A DNA stretch of 64,000 nucleotides from Turneriella sp. (lineage in GTDB: Bacteria > Spirochaetota > Leptospiria > Turneriellales > Turneriellaceae). Of this stretch, positions 27,737-38,232 are shown piece by piece; positions within the stretch are counted from its first letter, which is position 1; the number at the start of each line of letters is the position of its first letter. The translations under genes were made by a program, and so were the position numbers. The stretch spans positions 1,664,001 through 1,728,000 of the forward strand of contig CBDIID010000003.1 in NCBI GenBank assembly GCA_965279515.1, written 5' to 3'. The notes beneath the pieces were generated by a model. The model did not search any database. It had not been told where the DNA came from and saw only the letters and a list, made by a program, of their open reading frames with translations.

Positions 27737-28347
27737 TCTAAATTAATGTCCGTCAGCAACTTCTGTGCGTCCGTTTCGAGCTCGATCTGCTCGATCTCGA
27801 TATAATCAGGTTTGAAAAACTGCACCAGCGATTTCAGCACCAGGTTCGAATCGAGGTACCAGACAATGCGGCGCGGCTCGAAGGCGACGTTGACGATCTT
27901 GATCTTGCCCAGCGCATCGAGCTCAGGGGGAATCTGCATGAGAATAAAATTGAGATCGAACCCGACAAAACGTTTGCGGCGGTTGACCATAAAAAACGGT
28001 GAATCACCGCGCGTGAGGTGGTAGAGAATAATATTCTGCAGCTTGTGCGAAAAACGCGTGCTGAGCCTGATCATGTCCGGTTTTCCCGAGCTGAAAAAGC
28101 GCGCCTTCGACATGCGCATCTTTACCGTGTGTGCGGTAACCTCTTCTTTCAAGAGCTGAAAATCAAAATAGATCTCACCGGTCTTCAGGCCGAATATTTT
28201 TTCTTCGCCTTCGCGGATGATGCCGCGCAGGTGAAGCGCGCGCTTCACACAGAGAAAGCGGATGCTTTTCAGGCGCTCGAAGCGCGACACGACATGTTCG
28301 TCGAGTAATTTATTCAGCGATTCCTGCCGCGTGACCGCCTTATACAT
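27733..28347 (-). CDS. Hypothetical protein
   Basis: 204-aa ORF coupled to the upp stop codon. Confidence 0.65.
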   Translation of the reverse strand: MYKAVTRQESLNKLLDEHVVSRFERLKSIRFLCVKRALHLRGIIREGEEKIFGLKTGEIYFDFQLLKEEVTAHTVKMRMSKARFFSSGKPDMIRLSTRFSHKLQNIILYHLTRGDSPFFMVNRRKRFVGFDLNFILMQIPPELDALGKIKIVNVAFEPRRIVWYLDSNLVLKSLVQFFKPDYIEIEQIELETDAQKLLTDINLD

Positions 28348-28967
28348 CAGGTACCGAAGTAACGATCCCCTGCATCGCCCAGCCCCGGCAAAATATAGCC
28401 TTTATTATTCAGCCTTTCATCCAAAACTGCTGTATAAAATTTCACATCGGGATGGTTTTTCTGTAAGTGTGCAATCCCCTCGGGTGAGGCGAGCACACTG
28501 ACCGCGCGGATGGTATGCGGTTTGGTTTCCTTGATTTTAGTCAGCGCGAATTCGAGCGAGCCGCCTGTTGCCAGCATCGGGTCCAAAACCCAAACCTCGG
28601 CCCCCTTGAGCGGCGGCGTCTTATAATAATAGAATTTAGGCTTGAGGGTTTTATGATCGCGCTCGACGCCGACATGCCCGACCGCCGCCTCGGGCAAAAG
28701 CGCCTGAAAACCTTCGAGCATACCTAAACCGGCGCGCAGAATCGGCACCAGCACCGTCGGCCGTCGGATCTTCACGCCACGGGCACGCATCAGCGGCGTC
28801 TGCACAAAGACCGGCGCGGTTTCGATCTCGGCGCTCACCAGGGCGCAGAGAATCGTGCTGATGTCAGCCATGTTGTCGACGAAGTCGCGGTGCGGTGTTT
28901 TTTTGTCACGCAGCCGCGTGATCTTCGCCTGCAACAACGCATGCTCGGAAAATATTTTTACACTCAC
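28347..28967 (-). CDS. upp: Uracil phosphoribosyltransferase
   Basis: VPILRAGLGM, LDPMLATGGS and GYILPGLGDAGDRYFGT motifs. Confidence 0.97.
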   Translation of the reverse strand: MSVKIFSEHALLQAKITRLRDKKTPHRDFVDNMADISTILCALVSAEIETAPVFVQTPLMRARGVKIRRPTVLVPILRAGLGMLEGFQALLPEAAVGHVGVERDHKTLKPKFYYYKTPPLKGAEVWVLDPMLATGGSLEFALTKIKETKPHTIRAVSVLASPEGIAHLQKNHPDVKFYTAVLDERLNNKGYILPGLGDAGDRYFGT

Positions 28968-29932
28968 GCTGCCACCGGGTTATAACAATGGAATGCCGCC
29001 AAACCACCCGACTGCGACAGCGCGGGAAAAGCACTGTTGCACTGCGGCTGCACGCGGCTGCAGCGCGGGGCGAAGGGGCAGCCGGGAGGCGCGTTGACCG
29101 GCGAGGGGATCTCCCCCGGCAGCGTATAAAAATCGCGTTTGTGCACATTCATATCGAGCTTACTCAAGGCCAGCGCCTGCGTGTAAGGGTGGCGGCTTTT
29201 CTCAAAAATGATCTCGGCCGGCGCCGTTTCGACAATGCGCCCGAGATACATCACCGCCACGCGATCGGCGAACCACCGAACGATCGAGAGATCATGCGTG
29301 ATGAAAATTGCGGCAAAGCCGTATTGTTTTCTCAGGTCGCTCAAAAGATTGAGAATCTGCGCCTGAATCGAGACGTCGAGCGCGCTGATCGGTTCATCGA
29401 GAATCAGGTAACGCGGTTTTAAAACCAGCGCGCGGGCGATGGCAATCCGCTGTCTCTGCCCGCCTGAGAATTCGTGGATTTTTTTCGTCAAATCTGCCGC
29501 GGAAAGCCCTGTCGCCTCAATAATCTCCACAACGCGGTCGCGCCGCTGTGCTTTGGTAAAACTGAGATTTTTCTTACGGATAACCATGGGTTCTGCGACA
29601 ATCTTCTCGACCGACATCCAGGGGTTCATCGACGAAGCAGGATCCTGGAAAACCACGCCCAGCTCTTGTCTGAGTGATCGCCAGTCATGCCGCGTCATCG
29701 TGCGGCTGTCAAAATTTTCAAAGGTAAAATGGCCTGCATCGGGCTTGTAGAGCCCCATGACGATACGCGCCAGGGTGCTCTTACCGCTGCCCGACTCGCC
29801 GACGAGCCCGACAATTTCACCGGGGTTCACGTCGAGCGACACGTCGTTGAGCGCCTTTACAGTCAGCTTTTCGCGCGAAAACATGCCGCGCTTAATCGAA
29901 AAAAATTTTGAAACGGATTTAAGTGAAATCAT
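28964..29932 (-). CDS. Oligopeptide/dipeptide ABC transporter ATP-binding subunit (OppF/DppF-like)
   Basis: GESGSGKST, FSGGQRQR, LDEP, HPYT and GEIPSP..PPGCPF motifs. Confidence 0.93.
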   Translation of the reverse strand: MISLKSVSKFFSIKRGMFSREKLTVKALNDVSLDVNPGEIVGLVGESGSGKSTLARIVMGLYKPDAGHFTFENFDSRTMTRHDWRSLRQELGVVFQDPASSMNPWMSVEKIVAEPMVIRKKNLSFTKAQRRDRVVEIIEATGLSAADLTKKIHEFSGGQRQRIAIARALVLKPRYLILDEPISALDVSIQAQILNLLSDLRKQYGFAAIFITHDLSIVRWFADRVAVMYLGRIVETAPAEIIFEKSRHPYTQALALSKLDMNVHKRDFYTLPGEIPSPVNAPPGCPFAPRCSRVQPQCNSAFPALSQSGGLAAFHCYNPVAA

Positions 29933-29965
29933 GTCCCGATACGCGAGGCTACTCGGCAAACCATC

Positions 29966-30955
29966 CTATTCAATCGGCGTAAAATCGAGGCGCAGCATCG
30001 CCGTAAAGCCGACGACCCAGGCGCGCTGAGTCGCGAGGTACTGCATCGTATTGCACTGCGTCGTTGCCGCACCGCCGGCGGTTTGCGCGCACATTTCTGC
30101 CGGGCGCGTCTCCTTGATGGAATCCGATTCACTCCACCACCACTGTGCGCGCGCGACGTTTAAGCCGAGCGCAACTTCTTCTGTAATATGGTAAAAGAAG
30201 CCAAAATATCCCCAGCTCTCGACTAGCGTACGGTTGCCAAAATTCAGCGCAAAATGCGCTTCATACTGCAAAAAGAAAGTCATAAACGGCCGGTCACCGT
30301 CCATCCAGAAGTACTGCAGGCCGGGGCGCAGAATGTATTTCATTTCTGCAACATTCGCCGAACTTTGCCCCCAGTTATCGCGGCTGGCATAACGGTCATC
30401 GGAATACCAGGTGTACATAAAGCGGTTTTTCAGCTCAAAGACCCAGTTCTCACCGGGCAGGAACGGCAATTTTTGCCGCACCGTGACATCGCCGACGAAT
30501 GACTGTTCAGCGCGGTTATTGGTATTCAGCCAAAACCAGTCCCACGTCGATGATCCGCTGGCCGCCCAGCCGCTGCCGACCCAATCGTTGCGGTGCCGCT
30601 CACCCTGGCCGTAACGGTAAAAACCACCGACCATCAGATTTGGGAAAATATTGTAATAAGTGCCGAACATCGCATGCCAGGTCTGCTGGCTGAAACGACC
30701 GAGGCCGGTCTGCGTCGTATTCGCGAGGCCGTCAATGCGCGGGTTACCCGAATTACCGCCTTCGAGGCGATAATTGGTTTCAATCAGCGGTAGCCAGGCT
30801 TTGTAACGCAGCTGCGCGCGCAGTGTGCCGCTGTAGCGCACGGTTTCTTTTTCTGCTTCGGCGCGCGCCACCGGCGTCTCCCACGCGAACAAGCCGGCAG
30901 GCAAAACAAAAACGAGGAAGCAAACCCAATGTCGGCTAAGAAACGTGGACGCCAT
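29966..30955 (-). CDS. Probable outer-membrane beta-barrel protein
   Basis: Signal peptide; aromatic-rich amphipathic strands; C-terminal LRLDF. Confidence 0.6.
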   Translation of the reverse strand: MASTFLSRHWVCFLVFVLPAGLFAWETPVARAEAEKETVRYSGTLRAQLRYKAWLPLIETNYRLEGGNSGNPRIDGLANTTQTGLGRFSQQTWHAMFGTYYNIFPNLMVGGFYRYGQGERHRNDWVGSGWAASGSSTWDWFWLNTNNRAEQSFVGDVTVRQKLPFLPGENWVFELKNRFMYTWYSDDRYASRDNWGQSSANVAEMKYILRPGLQYFWMDGDRPFMTFFLQYEAHFALNFGNRTLVESWGYFGFFYHITEEVALGLNVARAQWWWSESDSIKETRPAEMCAQTAGGAATTQCNTMQYLATQRAWVVGFTAMLRLDFTPIE

Positions 30956-30998
30956 TGTCCGTGCATCTTTGAAGGTGTACAACCCGGCAAGCAGAATA

Positions 30999-32258
30999 TC
31001 AGAACCGGCGCGTGATTCCGGCGTTAAAAGGGACGAACTTCAGAAACTTGCCGCTGGGGTCATAGGTAAAATTGATTCCGCCACCCAGGTAAACTGAAAG
31101 CTTTTCTGTCAGCGCATACTGCATCTCAAACGCGGGCATGACGCCCCATTGCAGTATCGATGAAGATCCGGCGGATGACAACAGCAGGAACAGGTTGGGC
31201 CCCGTAGAGAGAGAGACCAACAGGCTGAATCCCTTGCCGATGACAAACGGATGGTAGATGCCCGGGTAAAAATTCACGTACCACATCGCGTCGAATTCAT
31301 TGGATTTAGACGGTGAATATCCGCCCTGTAATTTTAATTGCGGCCGGATAAAACCCCAGAACGCTTTGTCGTAGCGGACAAAACCTTCTAAACCATAGTT
31401 CATCCGGAAAAATTGTAAATTGGTATCCTGGATTCCCGCATAAAGCCCGGCGCCCCAGAAAAACGCCGATGCAATGCTGCCCGCCGGCGGCGCGGCCGCA
31501 TCTGCAGTCATTTTGAGGCTGCGCCCCGGTAGGCCAGCCACGGCAGACATGGCATAGGGTTCGGTTTTTTTATTTATCGCCAGGTAGAGTGCCGCATTTT
31601 GCGGCACCGTGACATCGGCCTTTGCATCCGTTGCGCTGGCATTGCCCGCAGACAAACCGCGCAGCGTCTTCAGGTATTCGCCGCGGATCGAGCGCTGTAT
31701 TTTAATTTTCTCGCGTAACCCTTCAGCGCGCTCTTCAGCGGCGAGCTGCGACGCATCGGGTTTGCCGCGCGTCACTTTGACCATCGTCATACGCGAGTAG
31801 GTGCCGGTCTTGAACTTCGTGACCGCGGCGACCTGAAAATAGTACTCCCCCTGCGTGAGCTCGAGCGACAGGGAATTTTCTTCGGTGTTTTTGGTCTCGA
31901 TGAGGTTCTTCTTTGCGTCGAAGAGTTTCACACTATAACCCGTCACACCTTCGATCGGCGACCACTCGAGCCGCTGCGTTTTTTTCGCGGGCGCTTTGGC
32001 GGCAAACGCGGCAATTTCCGCATCGGCTTTTTTCAATTCATTGTGCAGAGTCAGAAGCTCGGGATCGAGCTCCCGGAAACGCGCGGTCAGCCCGTCAATT
32101 TCCGGTTTTTTATCGGCGGCAAAAAACAAGAACTCGTAATCTCCCGGCCCCGTCAGCGGATCCGCAGTCAGCGGTTCTGCCCCGATTTGGGCGGGATAAA
32201 CCATCACCCAAAACGCCAACATGGTCATCGTTCCTGAAATTCTCTTTAATAAAGACAT
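30999..32258 (-). CDS. Exported protein: coiled coil, FN3-like domain, C-terminal OM beta-barrel
   Basis: LEWSPIEGVTGYSVKL...GEYYFQVAAV; barrel ending FNAGITRRF. Confidence 0.65.
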   Translation of the reverse strand: MSLLKRISGTMTMLAFWVMVYPAQIGAEPLTADPLTGPGDYEFLFFAADKKPEIDGLTARFRELDPELLTLHNELKKADAEIAAFAAKAPAKKTQRLEWSPIEGVTGYSVKLFDAKKNLIETKNTEENSLSLELTQGEYYFQVAAVTKFKTGTYSRMTMVKVTRGKPDASQLAAEERAEGLREKIKIQRSIRGEYLKTLRGLSAGNASATDAKADVTVPQNAALYLAINKKTEPYAMSAVAGLPGRSLKMTADAAAPPAGSIASAFFWGAGLYAGIQDTNLQFFRMNYGLEGFVRYDKAFWGFIRPQLKLQGGYSPSKSNEFDAMWYVNFYPGIYHPFVIGKGFSLLVSLSTGPNLFLLLSSAGSSSILQWGVMPAFEMQYALTEKLSVYLGGGINFTYDPSGKFLKFVPFNAGITRRF

Positions 32259-32429
32259 AAACACGGGAATAAAGCGTAAGTTACAGAGTGCTACCTGCGT
32301 CAAGCAATAGCATAAGACGGATTTTCCCCGTGTTTCGCGACACAATTTCAGAACGGCCTGCCTGAACACCGATACTGTTAAGACGAATACCCGGAACGGC
32401 AGAGTGCTTTCCCGGGTCTGTAAAAGACA

Positions 32430-33686
32430 ATGCGTTCCCTGATCCTGTTAATACTAACTGTACCTTTAGCCGCCGAAACCGTGACGCTCGATTTTGCGAC
32501 CGCGCTGAAGAATATGACAGCAAATAACCGGGATATCCTCGCCGCGCGCAAGAACATGCAGACAGCGCAATACAATTACCGTGGCGCCTATGCGGGCTTT
32601 CTACCCCAGCTGACCGCGGGTGTGAATTATACCCAGGGCAACTCGGCGACCACCGCGCAGCTCGCGGGCCAGAGCACAACATACCAGTTATACTCGGCTT
32701 CGCTGGGTGTCAGCCAAAGCATCTTCTCAGGCCTTTCCGATTATTACAAGGTCAAGGGCGCCCGGGCCAGCGCCGAACTTTCCGAAGCCAATTTTTCCCT
32801 GGCGGCGGCCAAGGCCGTCTACGAACTTAAATCCGCCTGGGCCCTGCTCTCGCTTGCCCGGCGTCAGCATGAGCTTGCGCTCGAAACACAGAAGCGACGG
32901 CAAGACAACATGAAGATGATCGAACTGCGTTTCAACAGCGGTTCGGAAAATAAAGGCTCGCTTCTGCTGGCGCAATCATACCGTGCGCAGGCCGACCGCG
33001 ACGTGAACCAGTCGCTGAGGCAGCGGACCAACTCTGAAACCGAACTCAAGCGCGTTCTGAACCTGCCACAGGAAACCGAAGTGCTCATCAGCGGCAGCCC
33101 TGAGCTCAAATTGCCGCCCGAGTCTTTTACGCTGGGTGAAGCGGCAAAGAAGACTCCCGAATACCGGCAGGCCGTTGCCCAGGAACTCAATGCCGAAGCA
33201 ACGGCAGACCAATCGATCTCACCGTTTTTCCCGACCTTAAACGCATCGGGCAGTTTATTCCGCCAGGGAGCAGATTTTTTTCCGCAAGGCGACCGCTGGT
33301 CGGTCAACGTCGGTGTCTCGTACCCGCTTTTCTCTGGTGGCAAGGATTATTATGCCATGAAGGCCAATAACAGTGCCTTCGAAGCGGCCAAGCGCAACCG
33401 TGAGAGTGTGGAAACGCAGCGGGTTTCAAAATTGCAGCAGTCTCTGCAGAGTTACCGTGCGGCAGTGGAAAACGCCAAGGTGAGTGAATCTCTGCTCGCC
33501 GCCTCGACTGTCAGGGCACAGATCGCACGCGTGAAATATATGAGCGGCCTGCTTTCGTTCGACCAGTGGGATATCATCGAGAACGAGCTGATCAGCCGGC
33601 AAAAAGATGTTTTGCAGACCCGCTACGATCTGGAAGTTGCACAGGCTACCTGGGAACAGGTTTTAGGTGAAGGACCCGCAAATTGA
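32430..33686 (+). CDS. TolC-family outer membrane efflux protein
   Basis: Two OEP repeats (FLPQLTAG, FFPTLNASG); first gene of the macAB-type operon. Confidence 0.92.
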   Translation: MRSLILLILTVPLAAETVTLDFATALKNMTANNRDILAARKNMQTAQYNYRGAYAGFLPQLTAGVNYTQGNSATTAQLAGQSTTYQLYSASLGVSQSIFSGLSDYYKVKGARASAELSEANFSLAAAKAVYELKSAWALLSLARRQHELALETQKRRQDNMKMIELRFNSGSENKGSLLLAQSYRAQADRDVNQSLRQRTNSETELKRVLNLPQETEVLISGSPELKLPPESFTLGEAAKKTPEYRQAVAQELNAEATADQSISPFFPTLNASGSLFRQGADFFPQGDRWSVNVGVSYPLFSGGKDYYAMKANNSAFEAAKRNRESVETQRVSKLQQSLQSYRAAVENAKVSESLLAASTVRAQIARVKYMSGLLSFDQWDIIENELISRQKDVLQTRYDLEVAQATWEQVLGEGPAN

Positions 33687-34648
33687 AACGCTACCTCATT
33701 ATTGGCCTCGTCGTTATGGGCGTTGGCACCGCGATCTATTTCATTTTCGGGAAAAGCAAAAAAAGTGAAACTGCTTACAGCGAAGTTAGTCCAAAGCGTA
33801 CTGACCTGAGAATCACCGTGACGAGTACGGGCACCGTCACTCCTGAAGGACGCATCGAAATGAAGCCTCCCGTGCCGGGCCGTATTGAAAGCGTGCGTGT
33901 CAAAGAAGGACAGAAGGTGGGCCGCGGCCAGATTCTCGCCTGGATGAGCTCGACCGAACGTGCCGCCCTGCTCGATTCGGCGCGGGCCGTCAGCGCCGAC
34001 GAGTATAAGCGTTTCCAGGAATATTATAAAGCCACACCGATCATGGCGCCGGTTTCAGGAACCATCATTCTCAGAAACGCCGAGCCCGGCCAGACCGTGG
34101 CTGCTGCCGATGTCCTGCTGGTGATATCTGACCGGCTGCAGGTTGTCGCCAAAGTCGACGAAACTGACATTGCGCGCCTGAAGCCCGGCGTGCCCGCGGA
34201 AATCATTCTCGATGCGTATCCCAAAGAATCGGTCGAGGCCAAGGTCAGCGCCATCGCCTTTGAAGCGAAGACAGTGAACAACGTCACGACTTATGATGTC
34301 GAAACGCTGCCGACGAAACAACCCGAATTTATGCGCAGCGGCATGACTGCCAACGTCACGTTCATCCTCAAAGAACGTGAGGATATCCTCACGCTTCCCC
34401 TCGCGGCGATCCAGTTCAAAAAAGAATCGCCGTTCGTACTGGTCAAAGACCCGAGCGGCAAGCCGGTCGAGGCACTGATTGAGATCGGCGAATCGGACGG
34501 CGGTAATACCGAAATCATTTCCGGCATCGATGAAAAATCCATCGTGCTGATACCGCGTGTGCAGATGCAGTCAAAGCAGGGCACAAATCCGTTTATGCCA
34601 ACGCGCGGCGGCAAATCGGGTTCGGGCGGTAAAAACCGCGCGCACTAA
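33683..34648 (+). CDS. macA: MacA-like periplasmic adaptor
   Basis: GRIESVRVKEGQKV, APVSGTI, VDETDI and MRSGMTANV motifs. Confidence 0.88.
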   Translation: MKRYLIIGLVVMGVGTAIYFIFGKSKKSETAYSEVSPKRTDLRITVTSTGTVTPEGRIEMKPPVPGRIESVRVKEGQKVGRGQILAWMSSTERAALLDSARAVSADEYKRFQEYYKATPIMAPVSGTIILRNAEPGQTVAAADVLLVISDRLQVVAKVDETDIARLKPGVPAEIILDAYPKESVEAKVSAIAFEAKTVNNVTTYDVETLPTKQPEFMRSGMTANVTFILKEREDILTLPLAAIQFKKESPFVLVKDPSGKPVEALIEIGESDGGNTEIISGIDEKSIVLIPRVQMQSKQGTNPFMPTRGGKSGSGGKNRAH

Positions 34649-36600
34649 TGATTGAAATCTCGAATCTGAGTAAAATCTACACTATGGGCGGTGAATCCGT
34701 CTTTGCCCTAAACGACGTCTCAGTATCGATCGCGCCTGATGAGTTCGTCGCGATCATGGGGCGTTCAGGCTCTGGTAAGTCGACGCTGCTACAGATTCTC
34801 GGCCTGCTCGATACACCGACGAAGGGCAGTTACCGCCTGTTCGGCAAAGAGGTCTCAAACCTCAGCGAAGACGAACTCGCGGTCTACCGCCGGCAAACAC
34901 TCGGATTTATTTTCCAGCAGTTTCATCTTTTGCCGCGCCTCGAGGCCGTGGAGAATGTGGCGATGCCCCTGCTCTATTCGGGTCTCACGAATCTGCCAGA
35001 ATCGCCGTCGCGCCTGCTGGCAGACGTGAACCTCAGCGATCGTGCGCACCACCGGCCCTCAGAGATGTCGGGTGGACAGCAGCAGCGCGTGGCGATCGCC
35101 CGCTCGCTCGTCAACAATCCGAAGATACTGCTCGCCGACGAACCCACCGGAAACCTCGACACAGCTTCACAGCGCGATATCCTGACACTGCTCCGCGATA
35201 TGCATGCAGGAGGCCTCGGGGTCATTGTCGTCACACATGATGAAGAGGTCGCGGCTGAAACCAATCGCACCATCAAAATGCAGGATGGCAAAATTGTCTC
35301 GGACAAGGGCAAAAAAAAATCCGTAATCAAACCATTGGTGACGGGCCTTTCGGCAGCACACCCGGGCCACAAGAATGGCCTCACGTATTTCATCGAACAT
35401 TTACGCGAGGGCTACCGCGCAGTGCTGGCGAACAAGCTACGCAGTGCGTTGTCGATGCTGGGTATCATGATTGGCGTCGCCTCGGTGATTGCGATGCTCG
35501 CTCTCGGGCGCGGCGCTCAGGAAGCGATTGAATCACAGCTCAAAAGCCTCGGCGCCAATGTGATGGTGGTGCGCCCCGGCGCAAGCCGTGTCGGCGGTGT
35601 TGCCCAGGAAACCGGCAGCCCCGCGCGCATCACCTTCGAAGACGTCGCCTGGATACGCGACCGCGTGCCGGGCATCAAGGGTGTTTCGGGCAATGTCACG
35701 GGACGCGCACAGGTTTCTTACGGCAACAAAAACTGGAACTCACAGGTGCAGGGCTCGAGTGTCGAATACGCGAACATCCGCACGGCGATGCCGTTTATCG
35801 GCCGCATGTATACCGAGAAGGAAGACCATGCGCGCGGCCGCGTGGCGCTGCTGGGGCTCACCGTCGTGCGGGAGCTCTATGGTAGTGAAAATCCGATCGG
35901 CTCTTTTATCAAAGTGAATAAAGTGAATTTCCAGGTCATCGGCGTCATGCCCGAAAAAGGCGGCACGGGTTTCCGCGACCAGGACGATATTGTCGTGATT
36001 CCCCTGCAGACGGCGATGCACCGGCTTCTCGGCAAGGTCTACATCGATTCGCTCGACATCGAGGGCGATGGCAAGGTCAACCTCGACGATTTGGGTGACG
36101 CGGTCAAAAGGGGGATGTATTCACGGCACCGCATTCCGGTTTCGATGCAGGAAGATGCATACCAGATACAGAACCTGGCGGACATTCGCGCTGCAGTCTC
36201 TTCGACTTCGTCGACGATGTCTGCGCTATTGGCATCGATCGCCGCCGTTTCCCTCCTCGTCGGGGGTATCGGCATCATGAACATCATGCTCGTCTCCGTC
36301 ACTGAGCGCACCAGAGAAATCGGTCTTAGAAAAGCCGTGGGCGCGCGGCGACGGGATATCCTATTCCAGTTTCTCATCGAGACACTGGCCGTGAGTATTT
36401 CAGGCGGTGCGCTGGGGCTCATACTGGGCGTGCTGATTTCCCTCGCGATGTCATCGCTTGCGGGTTGGTCGACGTCGATCAGTTCTTTCTCGATTATTCT
36501 TTCCGTGTTCTTTTCTGTATTCACCGGCCTCGTCTTCGGCATCTATCCTGCGCGCAAAGCGGCCGGCCTCAACCCAATCGAAGCGCTGCGGCATGAGTAA
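34648..36600 (+). CDS. macB: MacB-like fused ABC ATPase/permease
   Basis: GRSGSGKST, SGGQQQR, LRSALSMLGIMIG and IMNIMLVSVTERTREIG motifs. Confidence 0.93.
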   Translation: MIEISNLSKIYTMGGESVFALNDVSVSIAPDEFVAIMGRSGSGKSTLLQILGLLDTPTKGSYRLFGKEVSNLSEDELAVYRRQTLGFIFQQFHLLPRLEAVENVAMPLLYSGLTNLPESPSRLLADVNLSDRAHHRPSEMSGGQQQRVAIARSLVNNPKILLADEPTGNLDTASQRDILTLLRDMHAGGLGVIVVTHDEEVAAETNRTIKMQDGKIVSDKGKKKSVIKPLVTGLSAAHPGHKNGLTYFIEHLREGYRAVLANKLRSALSMLGIMIGVASVIAMLALGRGAQEAIESQLKSLGANVMVVRPGASRVGGVAQETGSPARITFEDVAWIRDRVPGIKGVSGNVTGRAQVSYGNKNWNSQVQGSSVEYANIRTAMPFIGRMYTEKEDHARGRVALLGLTVVRELYGSENPIGSFIKVNKVNFQVIGVMPEKGGTGFRDQDDIVVIPLQTAMHRLLGKVYIDSLDIEGDGKVNLDDLGDAVKRGMYSRHRIPVSMQEDAYQIQNLADIRAAVSSTSSTMSALLASIAAVSLLVGGIGIMNIMLVSVTERTREIGLRKAVGARRRDILFQFLIETLAVSISGGALGLILGVLISLAMSSLAGWSTSISSFSIILSVFFSVFTGLVFGIYPARKAAGLNPIEALRHE

Positions 36601-37948
36601 CCTGATGGCTAGCCGTTCCAGCAAAGATGTTGTAGTGATCGGTGCTGGTTTTGCCGGCCTCACAGCGGCACGCACGCTCGAAGCGCAAGGTCTCAGCGTG
36701 CAGGTCATCGAAGCACGCGAGCGTGTCGGCGGGCGTTCGCGGCCCGGCAAACTCAACGGCCGTATTGTCGATACCGGCGGGCAATGGGTGGGTGTCGGTC
36801 ACAACCGCCTGACGCAACTGGTGCACGAAGCGGGCGCAACCCTGGTGCCACAGTACGGCGAAGGCAAGAAGCTGGTGCAGATTGCGGGAAAGGTTCGCAG
36901 CTACAAGGGACTCATTCCACCTGTATCGCCCCTGGCGCTCGTTGAAATGCAACTGGCACTGTGGCGCCTGCGCAGTTTACAGAAAAAAGTGGATCCGGTC
37001 GCTCCCTGGAGCTCCTCCCTGGCCGGGCTTGATGCACAGACGGCCGCAGACTGGCAGCGCCGCTGGCTGCGCTCAACGGGTGCGCAGGCGTTATTCGACA
37101 TCGGCGTGCGCGCTGTTTTCTGCGCGCGGCCCGGACAGTTATCCATGCTGCATTTTCTGAGTTACCTGAGCGCGAACGATTCTTTCGACTACCTGGTCTC
37201 AGCCGAGGGCGGGGCGCAAGCCGCGGTTGTCAAAGGCGGCATGCACCAGCTCAGCATCTACCTGGCAAAGCAGTTGCGGCGACCCGTGCTGTTGAATGCT
37301 CCTGTACTTCGCCTTAAACAAAATGCCGGCAGCATTACGGTCACGCACGCAAAAGGAGAGCTGCGCGCGGCGCGCGCCATCATCGCCATGGCCCCGTCGA
37401 TGGCGCGCAAGATTGCGGGTGATGCCGCTTCAACCGCCCGCCTGCGTCTGGGCGAACGCATGCCGATGGGCTCCGTCATCAAATGCCTCATCGCCTACAA
37501 GAAGCCCTTCTGGCGGCAGCAAGGTTTTACCGGAGAATTCGTCAGCGACAGCGCTGCTTTCTCGCCGATCTTTGACGCCTCGCCGGAAGATGGCTCATGC
37601 GGTATTCTCGTCGGTTTCTTCGACGGTCCCGAAGCGGTACGTTATTCCTCAGACCCTGCGGGTCGTCGCGCCGCAGTGATTGCTGCGGTCGTTGCCGCAT
37701 TCGGGGCCGAAGGAGAGCATCCCACAGATTATGTGGATCACGACTGGATTACCGACCCTTACAGTGAGGGCTGTTATGTGGGTCTACCTGCCCCGGGTGC
37801 GCTGACAGAGCTCGGCTATGCACTGCGTCAGCCGTATGGCCGGGTGCACTTTGCGGGCACGGAGACGGCTTCGGCATGGATCGGTTATATCGAAGGCGCA
37901 ATTGAATCGGGCGAGCGCGTCGCGCAGGAAGTTGCCGCGGCATGCTGA
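36593..37948 (+). CDS. Flavin monoamine oxidase family protein
   Basis: VIGAGFAGL, EARERVGGR, DTGGQWVG and FAGTETA..W.GYIEGA..SG motifs. Confidence 0.92.
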   Translation: MSNLMASRSSKDVVVIGAGFAGLTAARTLEAQGLSVQVIEARERVGGRSRPGKLNGRIVDTGGQWVGVGHNRLTQLVHEAGATLVPQYGEGKKLVQIAGKVRSYKGLIPPVSPLALVEMQLALWRLRSLQKKVDPVAPWSSSLAGLDAQTAADWQRRWLRSTGAQALFDIGVRAVFCARPGQLSMLHFLSYLSANDSFDYLVSAEGGAQAAVVKGGMHQLSIYLAKQLRRPVLLNAPVLRLKQNAGSITVTHAKGELRAARAIIAMAPSMARKIAGDAASTARLRLGERMPMGSVIKCLIAYKKPFWRQQGFTGEFVSDSAAFSPIFDASPEDGSCGILVGFFDGPEAVRYSSDPAGRRAAVIAAVVAAFGAEGEHPTDYVDHDWITDPYSEGCYVGLPAPGALTELGYALRQPYGRVHFAGTETASAWIGYIEGAIESGERVAQEVAAAC

Positions 37949-38109
37949 TTTTGGCAGGTTCGCAGATTGAAGAACTGCTTATTTGGAAAGCAAACTACCG
38001 CACGACGCAGAGCGATGAGCGCGATGTCATTATGCTGGCTGAAGATAAACTGGGCGGGCCGGGCGAGTACGGCCTGAAACCATTCGTGTTTGATTCGCTG
38101 CCCGATTGA
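37942..38109 (+). CDS. Possible 55-aa ORF or gene fragment
   Basis: Hand translation MLILAGSQIEELLIWKANYRTTQSDERDVIMLAEDKLGGPGEYGLKPFVFDSLPD*; overlaps the oxidase stop. Confidence 0.3.
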   Translation: MLILAGSQIEELLIWKANYRTTQSDERDVIMLAEDKLGGPGEYGLKPFVFDSLPD

Positions 38110-38232
38110 GAACAGGGCTTGATGTGGCGGTAAACCCCGAAGCGCAGACGATATTTAATGGCTCCCGGGGAACGCCATTCTCTCACTGCCAAACGGACTT
38201 TACACCTGACACATCTGACGTTCGGTAGATTC